Of a stretch of 64,000 nt of DNA, positions 52,419 to 64,000 are shown piece after piece. Source of the stretch: Tubiluchus corallicola (lineage: Eukaryota > Animalia > Priapulida). Location of the stretch: contig JAQGDQ010000002.1 in assembly GCA_030141605.1 (NCBI GenBank), positions 372,001-436,000 on the forward strand, read 5' to 3'. The notes below the pieces were generated by a model that saw nothing but the letters and a program-made list of their open reading frames with translations, was not told the origin of the DNA and made no database searches. Made by a program: the position numbers and the translations under genes. Within the stretch, counting starts at the first letter, position 1; the number at the start of each line of letters is the position of its first letter.

Positions 52419-55172
52419 AGGCCCATTTCATATTTATAACGTGTAGCAAAGTTCCTTGTAAAAAAATCCTTGCGGCATTCCTCGCCAAAATAAAACAAAT
52501 TGCTTTCTATGGTGCATTTGCATGAGGAATTTTCCTCATGATTTTAGTCGTGAGAAATTCTGCCGCAAACTAGAAGGTATGCGTTCTCCTCACAAGAAAA
52601 TTTGCCACTTGCCAGAAATGCAGCATGTTCCTCGCGGAAGTTCCATTAAAAGTTAACAGGTTAACTAGTTTTTTCTTGTTTATTGAGCAACAGTTAACAT
52701 AATTGTGCCTAAAATTAACATTTGTGGGTCATTTTTATCCATGAGCACTAGCGTCGCGTATCTGGGAGAATCTGTATGCTGATTTTCATTCATCATCATC
52801 ATTTCGTTATGTTAGGCATCTAGTTCTCCATTTTTAAATTCTCGCTAGCTTGCAAATACATAGTGCTAAAGTCATGAAATATGCAAGGTACCTGGGCTAG
52901 GTTCCTTAAAAGTAGTATGGCGAACGGTGACCTCGGTCAAAAGGTCGGGGACATTGGATGTCGGTCTGTTTTTCTATTGCCATTTAACTCATTTTAGGGC
53001 TATTAAGTAAATTCTTTTTTTCATAAGTATTTAGTAAACGTGAGGTAGATTTTTGCCTGGGCTTTTAGAAAGCTGGGGTACTGTGAGTGCGAGATAGGAG
53101 CCAAAATACATAATTCTGAATAACTCTAAAACTGTGGGAAGTAGAGTGATGAAAATACCAGAGAAGAAAGCTGGGTTAGGGGCTCCAGCAATAGTGTGGT
53201 TAGAAAAGCTAGAGTTGATTAAGGACTCGAGATTGGAGCCAAAATGTGAAAATTAGTACATCCACTTTTAATTCTTGTTAACTCGCAAACCCGGAGGGCT
53301 AGATTTTTCTGCACACATAAAATTCGCAAGGTAGACACCTAGAGAAAGGGCAATGAAAGTGATGTGATGAACGGTGACTCTGTCAAGGGATTAGGGACAT
53401 AGGACATCAGGTGTAAACAGCGTTACGCTAGCGGTCTTGTCTTCTTCTAGTGTTTCTGCCGTTACGAAGCCATTTCTGACGTCTGTAAGTACGCTGGTGA
53501 TGATGTTATGGTTCAGTAGGTACTTTCGCCATCTCAGCACTTGTTTCACTTGCATGGCGAACAAGAAGAGCAACCTGGCAGTTTCTCACTTTACAGTTAT
53601 TAGTATTATATTAGGTGTATTATTATTTAAAAATTTGACATCCATGCAAGTTAAGGATAAATTACTTATTTTCAAGTTTTTGATGTTCAAGATTAGCAAT
53701 AAAACTAAATTAAATAAAAGCACCAGACATTAAAACTTGCATTGAGCAAGCCGAACGCAGACTAGACATAGAAGGCAAGTTCCTAATTCAACGTGCATCA
53801 TTTGTACAAGTCGACACAAGTCACACATAAGCATAGAGTAAAATTAAATTAAAACAGCAAAGCTATACGCAAGAACATTTGTATTTTTCGAACGGTTTTT
53901 TTTCAAGTAGTCTTTGCTGCCTTATAAAGCTGGCTAGATTAGAGACATTACGAATTTTTGCTGGAGATTGAATTCCGCAATGTAGTGGTAGTGTATTGGA
54001 AGCTACTTTCAACAGAATTGGTTTTCTGTAGGTACTGGTTGCGATTAGCTGCAGCTCGTGTGTTCACTCGATGAATTTCCTCTAGCCTAACCAGTTTATT
54101 CATTAGAGAGACAGAGCACAATGAGTCACACATTTATAAAGTAGTATTCATAAAGCAAAGTCTTACTTAGCTGACAGAGATAACCATTTTAATCTTGAGT
54201 ATAGGATACAGTAGTGAATAAAATAACACTCTGTTTATAACGGCTTTACATAGAATATTCACAGGCAGTTCGACTGCGTCAAACAACATCGGCATAATCA
54301 AAATGAGAAAGAATAAATAGTCTTGGAGCAATTTTTTGCAAGAGCCTTAAAATTCATTCCTTTTGACCACCCCTGTCAGAAAGATGTAATTGTGTTTTGG
54401 TAAGCGATGTTTTGGTGATAAATACCAGTGAATGTATGAAGGAGTTGTCGTCTCATGGTTAAACTTTTACAGCATGCTTTAAGTCCCTGTATAGTCGCGA
54501 ATAGCAATAGCTTGCTGCAAATTGGAGAATGCTTTAATAATATTACCTGATATGTGTACAAGTACGATCCAACTTAGTCTGTGACCCATTAGGATGACTG
54601 TTTTAAGGTTCTTTGGAAATTATTTGGTGTTTATATTAAGACGCAAGGAAAACGACGCTCGAAATTGCTCTCACAAAATCAGAAAATTTTCAGAAAAAAA
54701 TCAATTTCTTTGTTACAGCCATGCAGTAAGAGGGTTCATTTCACATGGAAACGGTGCGGTTTTTTGTAGGCTGCAATTTTCACAAATGACAATCAATGGG
54801 TTTAACCAATAGAAGGCCTCTAAAAGATAGGTACAAAACTTATAATTTCTTATTGATATACGTTGACTGCTGTTCGCTAAACAATGAAGCAGTAATTAAA
54901 CAGTCAAATTATAATTTTGATGTAAAACCTATAAAAATCCTCGCGAAAGTGGAACGTGCTCCATTTCTACCCAGTTGCAAAATTCCTATGTAAGAGAACG
55001 CATCGTTGCTACGCTAGTGCTAGCTGGCTTCAGAATTCCTCACAAGGAAAACTGCGAGAGAAATTCTTCATGAGGCGTCTCATGAGGTGAAATGCGCCTC
55101 AGACAGCAATGTGTTCCATTTTCCTGAGGAATGCCGCAAGTAATTTCTCCTGGAAGAATCTTACCGCGCGTC
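52419..55172. mobile_element. Large degenerate inverted-repeat element with nested insertions
   Basis: cttgcggcattcctc (52469-83) is the reverse complement of 55126-40; atgcgttctc (52579-88) of 54994-55003; agaaatgcagcatgttcc approximates the reverse complement of 54951-68. Confidence 0.65.
53948..54150 (-). mobile_element. LINE 3'-end fragment
   Basis: IHRVNTRAAANRNQYLQKTNSVESSFQYTTTTLRNSI resembles the H.YNTR...SF.Y....LWN.L tail of CR1/L2-group ORF2. Confidence 0.45.
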
Positions 55173-55175
55173 TTC

Positions 55176-55250
<75 letters not shown>

Positions 55251-55319
55251 CATTATTATCATCATCATCATCATTATTATTATGTTAGTAACATTTATAT
55301 ATATATATATATATATATA
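55176..55319. repeat. (TAT)n/(CAT)n plus (TA)n microsatellite
   Basis: Direct inspection; source of the poly-Y/H ORF. Confidence 0.97.
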
Positions 55320-57329
55320 CATTCAATTAGTAACACGTGCACAATATGTACAAAGAAAAATATACCTCTAGTTGTAGGTTAATCGTTCCACAACGTTCGG
55401 AAGACATTAATTTTATAATATTCAAGCCCTAGTTCACACAATTTATACATTCTTGACAGAAAAAACACTTTAACTTCGTAATAAAATTCGCATAGTTCAT
55501 ATTTCTGCACCAATATAAATCTACATTCTCTTTACTTCAATTACTCAACGGAAAAATATGACGCTCGATTTCTGACTAAAAGAATTTATGTGAAGTAGGC
55601 TTTAGCAAATGTGCTTTTAACACCATCTTATAAGTTTTGCACGGACATAGAAGGGAAAAGCCATTCAGCCATAGCTAAAGAGCAGTTTTTGACAATGAAA
55701 GGTCAAATTTGGCACTAGCGGGATCTCCGAAGTTGTAAAATCTAGCGTGGAATAAACAGTTCGCGATTTTTGTGGCGTTCTTGCTCTTCTTGTCAGGGAA
55801 CGTCCAAGACGTTCATGTTAATGGTTTTCTTGTAAGCTGCGTAGACAAAACACTGAAAAATCTGCCGAGGTTTTAGAAAAGCTCCGTTACAATACCAGTT
55901 CCCGTTTTCTCAAACTAAGTGGTATACAAGTTTTGAGATTAAAGGGGTAAAACATGACAAAATGAGTTGTTTCGCTTCCTATTATGACCGACGGTGCCGG
56001 CGGTGCCGAATCGAAAAATAAATCATCAGTGATTAGACATTAAATCGAAAGATTTGATTTGATAATCATCAAGAGTAGTAAAGTCGTTGGGCGTGGAAAT
56101 CATAGAATTATAAATTAATTTATATAAATATTTATATAATGCCGTATACTAGCAAATTTGTTAAATTGTATGATAGGGAAGTGGTGACCTATTCATCTAA
56201 GGACCAAGCTCGGAATTTTCCACAACTTTCATCAGCTCAACACTATGCCATTTCCTAAATCTCGTGCTCTTGGCTGAATGTCAACTACTCGATTACTATG
56301 AGCTGCAATTTAATTTACTTTAGCGAGAAATCGATTAGCTTGATCATGCATTTCCTATCTGATAGCACAGCTATATATATGTATTGAACTCGCCTTAAGT
56401 CTAACGTTGTGATATTTTAAAGGAAATGCCAAGCCTTCTGGGAAGTTAGGTTTATTCACTGTTTGTGAAAAAATGTTAGAAGGATTTAATAATAAAAGTG
56501 TGATAAGCCTCTCCTATAATTGGTAAAATCAGTTTAAACTCGCGATCATTTTACACTGTGGCGCTTCCATTTTGAGCATCCATTCACTCACCAGTAAGTG
56601 CATTGTCAATTTGCGTCAAAAGTATAATCAATTTTTACAAAAAATTAGATACTAGCTAATTTTATGACATTTTGCATAAACATTAGGTAAGTTGCTGAAG
56701 TTTGAATTACTTTAACCAGTGCGTGGAAACCACGATTTTCTTATACAAAGGCTGGACGGACAAATGCATTAAATACATTAGTGACCGTCGCCAAGCCCAA
56801 TGCCAAGCTGTTCAAAAGTGAATGTTTTACTCGTTCTTAGAGATCTTCATGTGTTTATCATTCAAATTTGCACAGATTAGGTTGCAATAAAGCAAACGTA
56901 ATTTTAATTTTAGAAACCTTTGATTTTTTATGGGCGAGAAATAGTTTTCTTGCTCATAAAACAAGTTCGACTCCGAACTATTGGCCAAGGGACTCGTAGA
57001 ATTCAAGATCGTGGACTTGAAATGATGTCAATAACGTAAATTCAAAATGTTGGATAGAAAATTCGACTCCGTCAGTTAATGCGAAATGCATTCTAGCATA
57101 TTCTTGTGAGGCTTCATGACGATCCATTGCAAATTCGTAAACCCTGTTTTTCTTTAAAGTCAACCCCAGTAGCAACAACAACAACGAAATCCAGGTGAGT
57201 AGCAATTTTGGTCGCCTCAACCAAATGGGATGCAAACAGGCTGTTTTCGATAGGTTTAGATCGTGTTTAACTTGAGAAACCACTCTTTCCGTCTGCAATG
57301 ATCTCATATTTCGATTATGTTGATAAAAT

Positions 57330-57730
57330 GCTGGAAGAACATATCTGGCATGGTTACAAGTATGTCAGAACAAATCTGTCAGAATTGTGTTTTACCGAAG
57401 AGCGCGTGACATATGCTGAAATCCTTAAATTGGATGCCTTTTACTATTAGGTATAAGTTCATTCTTAATAATTCTGAAATTATTTCTACACTTATGTATA
57501 AAATTATCTTCAGCGAATTTGACACTTATTCTGATATTTTGTCAATTGGTCATAATTACAATACTAGATCAAGACAGAGAGGGGACTATAAGTTGCCGTT
57601 AGTTAAAACTAATGTTGGCCTGTTATGCTTGTTTGACTGGGGACTGTGATGTTGAATGAACTACGAAATTGTGTAATTATCAACACGTTTAAAAAACAAG
57701 TTAAAAATACTTTCAAAACAGTACGTTAAA
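57330..57730 (+). mobile_element. CR1/L2-group LINE 3' fragment
   Basis: LQVCQNKSVRIV, LKSLNWMP, LMYKII and HNYNTRSRQRGDYKLPLVKTNVG: typical post-RT motifs, frameshifted. Confidence 0.7.
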
Positions 57731-60308
57731 TAATCCAGCTTAATAAACAATATGTATGCTTTCTGTAAAACTGTAAATTCTTTTATAGCGCTCAAGCTAG
57801 AAAATTTTGCAACCTTTTTTGATTACGGTATAAAGGATTTAATGTCCAATTATATTTTACACTTTGTAAACGAGTACTATAGACATATAAATTATATATG
57901 GTCAGTCAGGTTTATCCTCTCTAAAGCTAATAATAATAACAATATAAGGTTCCTTAGTTTCGGCTCTATATCATGACAAAATCAATCTGTAAAATGACAT
58001 TGAATAGCCTGATTATATCTATTTTATTGTAGTTAAGTGACGATTAAATTGCTGTTTCTGTTGCTTTGGAAAATGCATCACCAATTTTGTGTGGTGCTGG
58101 ATATATTAAAGGTAAACCCCTCAAATGTTAATTAACCAGAAAATCTATAAAAAATCCTCGACTTACAGTACTTTTATAGTATGTTTGGTTGCGTGTGGAA
58201 GATGTTGTTAGGTTTGAAATTCAAGTTTATAGTTAAAAAATAATGCTCAGTCTCCCAGACTAACAAAAAGCGTTTTAATTTAATAGACTAACAAAAATCC
58301 ATGATATATCGTATTTAGTGTTTTCTTCTGATATTATTGTCATGAACGTTAATGATGATAAAAATTAGGCGTATTACTAACACAGAATGCCTTGCACGGT
58401 TGTCAATTCTAATGTTGCTGCGAGAAATCATCAAACTGTCTTGTTGCCAGAAAGTCTCATGCTGTTATAAAATAACAAGCAGGAGGGCGAATACAAAACG
58501 CTAAAGAAGCGTTACATTTTCAAAGCATAACCTAAGGTTTTATAAGTGTGGTAACATGATTCCCATAGCCATTCTTGTAAATTTTAGTTTTCATAAGGAT
58601 TCTCATCCATTTCCGTTTTCCCTTTCTTCCAGTTTCCTGGAAAAAGAAAAAAAAGCGACGCCTTCCTGGGAGTAAACTAGCCAATTAAGGCTCAGCTGCT
58701 GAAAAGAATTCGATTTACTACACAAAGCCAAGCACACTTTGTGGTTCTGCAAAAGTTTTCTGTCGGACAAAAGAATATTCGACCTAAATTTCGTTTTCGC
58801 AGCTAAATCGCCATTGATCGGCTTCGTAATTAATCTTTTATCTAAATCCCGCTGCAAGTTTCAAACAGGAAGCCACTTCGCGACATCCTAATTAGGCTTC
58901 AGCGACGATTTAAGTTGTCACTGCAGCTCGTATAATAAGCTATCCATTGTTTTTACGCTACCTTGAATACGCTGTAGCCGTGTCGCATATATGAGTAACC
59001 GTGGGAGTGTAAATAGGACAGAGTAGCCTGATTATAAAAGTTTGAAACTTTCACTTGGAAAGTATGGTTACGGTTACCATGATTCTTTGTAGCGAAAATA
59101 CACTGCAAAGTGCATTAAGATGACAGAATGCCAAAGCTTTCTGAGCATAACTGAACGAACGAACGAACAAACAAACGAAATGTTTTTTACCTTTGTTAAT
59201 GATAATTTTAAGGTGTACAGGCCTGAGTTTAGGCTTACGGTGCAATGAAACTTTAGCCACTACTATATGAGCTTTTCGTAATTCAGAATATTAGATTTTT
59301 CGTAATTTTCAAGTTTGTCCTCACACTGCATAAATAAAATTTTATCGGAATTTCAAATATATTTTTGAAATATATTTCGTAAATAACTTGTTACGATTGC
59401 TTTTGCTCGATGCGTCCGCTGTCTGCAGATGTGTAGCATTACTATATTGGAGATGTATTTGAGATATGGCTGTGAAAAAGTATTTTTTTCGTGATTGATT
59501 TTGTCCGCAAACAACGTCACTGTATCGATTTCATATAACGCGAGACAAACTAATTGTAAATAGAGGGCGTAGAGGTCACCTCTAATGCCACAATGACAAC
59601 CCTTGGATTTCAATAGCGAGATTCTAAGACGCTGAAATGGCTTCAGGCAGCGCGCGTTATGTGGCCATCATCGCCTGGGAGGTGAAAGAGTTAAAAGGAT
59701 TTCAAGAGACCGAGTGGCTTATAAACCGCTAATGGAAAAGCGGCAAGGAAACAGAGACTTCGCATAAAATGGTCGATAGGCTATGTAATACCTCTTCAAA
59801 CATGTAATGCATTTTTGCTGCTTCCAGTCAAATACGATGCTCGCTATGTTGTTAAACGATTTTCGAAAATTACATTCATTTAAAACAAAGAAATATGTCA
59901 AAACGAACATTTTAGCTACCGAACTTAGCAATTTAATTAATTAATTAGCAATTTAAACAAAATTTTGTTGTAAGGGAATCGTAATTTAATGGTGAACAAA
60001 ACATCAACGATAATATTTGATTCCACTTCCTTATTATCATTATATGTTTCAAACTAACTTGGCGCCTACCATCAGTCATAATACCTCATGGGAACCTATA
60101 AACTAAAAACCAAATGATCCAAATCTGCAGTAGACTTATCACGGTTATCCAAACGACGAACACAACCATGTAAAATTAAGATTTAGTGTTAAACACGCAA
60201 CATGGGTTTTCGATGTTTTGGATTTTGACGTTGCATCGCAGTCTTTGTCTTTTGTGTATACCTATGGTAAGCGTACATTGTATTTATAGTTGGTTTTGCT
60301 TGGCAATT

Positions 60309-60815
60309 GTGCTTGTTGGTAATCAGCCACTTCGCTAGTTATCTTTTCGCCAGCCTATCTTTTCGCCAGTGCATCTTTTCGGCAGTCTATCTTTTCGCCA
60401 GTCTATCTTTTCGTCAGTGTATCTTTTCGCCAGTCTATCGTGACTAACACTGAAGACTTAACTGACTTAGAAGTCACCATCGACCATTAGGTATCGACAT
60501 GGTTTCTTCTAAACGCTTTGTGAACGGAAGATATGTCACAAGATGCGTGCTTGTTGGTAATCAGCCACTTCGCCAGTTATCTTTTCTCCAGTCTATCTTT
60601 TCGCCAGTACCTTTTCGCAAGTCTGTCTTTTCGCCAGTGCAATCGTGACAAACACTGAAGACTTAACTGGCCTATATGTATATATGTATAGATAGTCACC
60701 ATTGACCATTAGGTATCGACATGGTTTCATTTAAACGCTTGAACTGGAGGTATAAGTCCTATAGAGGCGTGCCATATATCATTGGATTCGCAGAGAAACG
60801 AAGAATCTGATGCGC
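60309..60815. repeat. Left arm of a long inverted repeat: 238-bp tandem duplication containing about 20-bp subrepeats
   Basis: Units start at 60309 and 60547 (gtgcttgttggtaatcagccacttcgc); tcttttcgccagtcta subrepeats. Confidence 0.9.
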
Positions 60816-61229
60816 CATGTTAAAAATTTTATCCTTTATTTGTTTACCTGAAAATAACCGAAATTAGCAAATTGCATAAACGAGACGTTTTCTTTATTAT
60901 ATGAAGCGAAGGTGTCAAAATACCGTATTTGAGAATCTATATCTCTCGTAAAAGTTTAGTTGAACTGTTTGACGATATAACGCCAACTGTTTTGAAATCG
61001 AGTTTTGCCTGTATGCTCAATGTCACCGTTTTATGCATTACTATATAATATTATTGAAGACAAATAGACGAAATTTTTGGCTGTGGTGTTCGTCCAATAA
61101 TTCCGCTCTAAGATGTTGAGTTGTGCGGACGATCTCATGTCGTAAAACGATGGTCTAGTTGTTATAGTGTTTGCTTGCAGAAAAGAAATCTGCCAGCATA
61201 GTGTATGACATAGATGATAGCTGCTTGTT

Positions 61230-61390
61230 AACGATGATACTTACTTGTTACTGATGATACCTGTTGCTGATGATATTTATCTGACACTGATGGTACTTAC
61301 CTATTACTGATGATATATACCAGCTGTCGATGATACCTGTTGTTAAGTTACTTACCTGCATTTACCTGACGTTGATGACACTTACCCCCC
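61230..61390. repeat. Degenerate 17-21-bp minisatellite (ctgatgatacttacctgtta-like)
   Basis: Repeated tgatgata/tacttacc cores. Confidence 0.7.
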
Positions 61391-61719
61391 ACAGTTTGGT
61401 CGTTATTATCCGAAATTTTGTGCGATATTAGTTTTAGATTTTTAGAAAGATATTTTTAAATTTTTAATGTACGCCCGCATATGCATACAGGTATATTAAA
61501 ATATGTTCAATTTGCTGCTAGCTGAACTAAAATACAAACAAACAAATGAAGAAACAAAATAAGTTGCCTTAAATTTTAATTTAATTAGGTATCAGCAATG
61601 TTTATTAAATTATATTTAGCTTGCGAAAAAAAATGAAACGCTAAAGTAATAAAATTAGCCATACCATTCCCCGGACAAAAGTTTTACAATAGTTTTTCTA
61701 GGTTATTTATTTGTTTTAA

Positions 61720-63300
61720 ACGTTGTTTTATTTGGCTTGAATCAAACAGTTCATTATAACCGATACAGAGATTCTTCCCAATATACAATACAAAAATCAC
61801 GTGCCAGATTTACATTTGAAGTTAACATGGATTAGCAGGCCTATAGTACCATACCATTGAAAACAACAAAACATGACTGCACAATACAGACTACGTCACA
61901 ATATAGTATATGCAGTATGTACAATATGAAAAAAATTAATTGCTGAAAAAATAAAACGTTGTCTCAGAAGATTAATTAAAAACTATCAATTTCGAAAACG
62001 CTTTGGGCAAATAACAAAATTTTGAATACACTGAAATATTAGGCAATTCATTTCATAGCTTAAGCTTGCATTCCCATGAAGAAGAAGATTTGTAATATCG
62101 TTATCTGACAATTCATAAATATTGATATTATCAGAGCCCAATATTTCCTTGATTTTGACAAGCATGTATGTCCTAGCTAGAGTAAAAAGAGGACATTTTA
62201 ATATAAAATTAAAAAAGAAGCCACACCTGCAATCTGGTAAGACACGAGACCCATCAGTATGAACACAGCCACTAGCCAAAATTCAGTTACCTAAATCCAA
62301 CACGCATGCGCGTGTGATAGACTGAAGCTGGACGTTTGCCATATGAGTAATGTTTATGATGTACATTAAAGTTTAGGTACTTTTTAGTTCTTTTTTAAAT
62401 GCCGACGAGACGTCAGCTCACGCAAGTTTGCAAGTAAAGCATTCCAGTAATATATGGATGCCACAAAAATGATTTCTCAAACGTAACCGATCTAACATCA
62501 AAGTTTCTATAATTATTGCCATTTCGTACATAGTACGGCGTAATCTCTTGTACTTTGGGCGGAAGAATAGAACAGAGATACTGGGCTGTTAAGTTGTTGA
62601 TAATTTTGAAGAATAGACAGATGCGACTGTATTTGAAACACAGTGATAACTTGTTTAAGCCACAGTTTAATAATACCTTATCCGGGTCCGATCTGTACAT
62701 AACTCCTGAACAAATTCTGGCTGCAGTGAGATGAACATTTTCTAAAAGACGCTGAGCGTTTTCATGACAACCTGACCATATAACATTACCATATTCAATT
62801 GCAGGTAAAACTGTGTATTTGTACTGGCATTCACAAGTATCTCTAGGTATATAATGAAAAAAAACTACGCAACGTGTTTAATTTAAAGTTGGCTTTCTCA
62901 ACTAGTTTATTAATATGATACTTCCGGATCAGATCTACTGTGAGTTGTATGCCCTAATGCTTATGTGTGGCAACTTGTTTTAGGATATTGTTACTCATGA
63001 ATAAAGATGGGTAAACTGTCGGATTTCTTTTCCGCGTGAACAGCAAAACTTGTGTTTTTGAGGGACTGAATGTGACCAACCAAATTTTGGCCCATTCCTG
63101 GAATTGTACATAGGTCTAAGTTCAGACGATAGGCTGATTCTATAGAATCATCATTATACACATCTATTAAAAAAATATCATCAGCATATAAGCGCATATC
63201 ACAGTGAATATTCTTATTAATATCATTAATATCATGTACACCAAAAACAGCAAGTACTAAAATTGAGCCTTGGGGAACCCCAGCTTTAGAAACCTTGTAT
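61720..63300 (-). mobile_element. 5'-truncated, decayed CR1/L2-group (Crack/Daphne-like) LINE
   Basis: AGVPQGSIL, MRLYADD, CLFFKIINNLTAQYL, C.CG...FILKCPLF, LLLHG and CPKRF* pieces, with multiple frameshifts. Confidence 0.9.
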
Positions 63301-63835
63301 TTGACGTACTACATCCCAAAATTACTACTTAATGCAAATATGAAAATGTGGATATGATACCACAAAAGTATGAAAATAGTGTAACTAAAAAACATTTTTC
63401 GTGCGCGTGATTTCCAAACGACACGGATCCAGAAAAATGGGCGTAGCGTGGCAGCCCTGTGGCCGTGACGGCTGTGTAGCACACCATTGGATAGAGAATT
63501 AAGCGGATAATTGCCACTGAGCGCCATCGCGGTAGGTGGCGCTTCTCAAAAATACACATATTTTGACGATTTTCGGACCATAATTCAGGCGGGTTAAAGG
63601 CTCGCAATCCGAAATTGTAAGCTAAGGTGGCCCGCTACCCTAGTTACAAGCACGCCAGATTTGGCCAATTAGCACTGTCTAGTTTGTGAATTATTCCAGA
63701 AAGATGCGTATTTCGGAAACTAAACATTGCAGAACCAAAATAACAACAGATCTTGAATTTCAAATTTTCGACCGGACATCCCCTTTATTGTCGTTTTCTG
63801 GCTAAGTGAAACTCGACGCGCGACTTTGACAATTT

Positions 63836-64000
63836 GCATCAGATTCTACGTTTTATTGCGAATTCAGTGATGTATGGCACTCCTCTGTAGGACACATCTT
63901 CCGTTCACAAAGCGTTTAAATGAAACCATGTCGATACCTAATGGTCGATGGTGACTTCTAGGTCAGTTAAGTCTTCAGTGTTAGTCGCGATAGACTGGCG
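63836..64000. repeat. Right arm of the long inverted repeat (continues beyond window)
   Basis: Reverse complement matches 60428-60538 almost exactly and 60755-60815 imperfectly. Confidence 0.9.

Noticed and set aside
55131-55382. Poly-Tyr/His ORF
   Set aside because: (TAT)n/(CAT)n microsatellite.
60340-60640. Regularly spaced short repeats (CRISPR-like at first sight)
   Set aside because: Repeats are directly tandem without unique spacers, there are no cas genes, the context is eukaryotic, and they are part of a TE arm.

Overview
AT-rich, intron-containing eukaryotic DNA that looks like an invertebrate animal genome; the taxon cannot be determined from this window. I found no prokaryotic operon, CRISPR array or intact rRNA/tRNA gene. 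Five genes could be reconstructed by hand from GT-AG splice sites with consistent phases. (1) The 5' end of an equilibrative nucleoside transporter (SLC29/ENT family) lies on the minus strand and runs off the left edge; the ORF track misses it entirely. (2) A cathepsin O has an intronless CDS (5479-6543, minus). (3) WDR43/UTP5 has 14 coding exons (9092-24213, plus, about 652 aa) and sits head-to-head with the cathepsin. (4) Mitochondrial ribosomal protein L21 has 6 coding exons (27682-33999, plus, about 200 aa). (5) The large last exon of an FRS2/FRS3 adaptor is at 45676-46888 (minus); its upstream PTB exons are not in the window, so 46.9-64 kb is probably one long intron. Introns and spacers hold hAT MITEs with 8-bp target-site duplications, a pogo/Tigger-like MITE, tRNA-derived SINE-like copies, decayed non-LTR retrotransposons, long inverted-repeat elements and microsatellites. 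The most interesting leads are the intronless cathepsin O in tandem with a dileucine-bearing (probably lysosomal) ENT behind a divergent promoter, a foldback-like element enclosing a LINE and an array of 5'-splice-site motifs, and weak intronic small-RNA candidates. None of these is demonstrably a new biological system.
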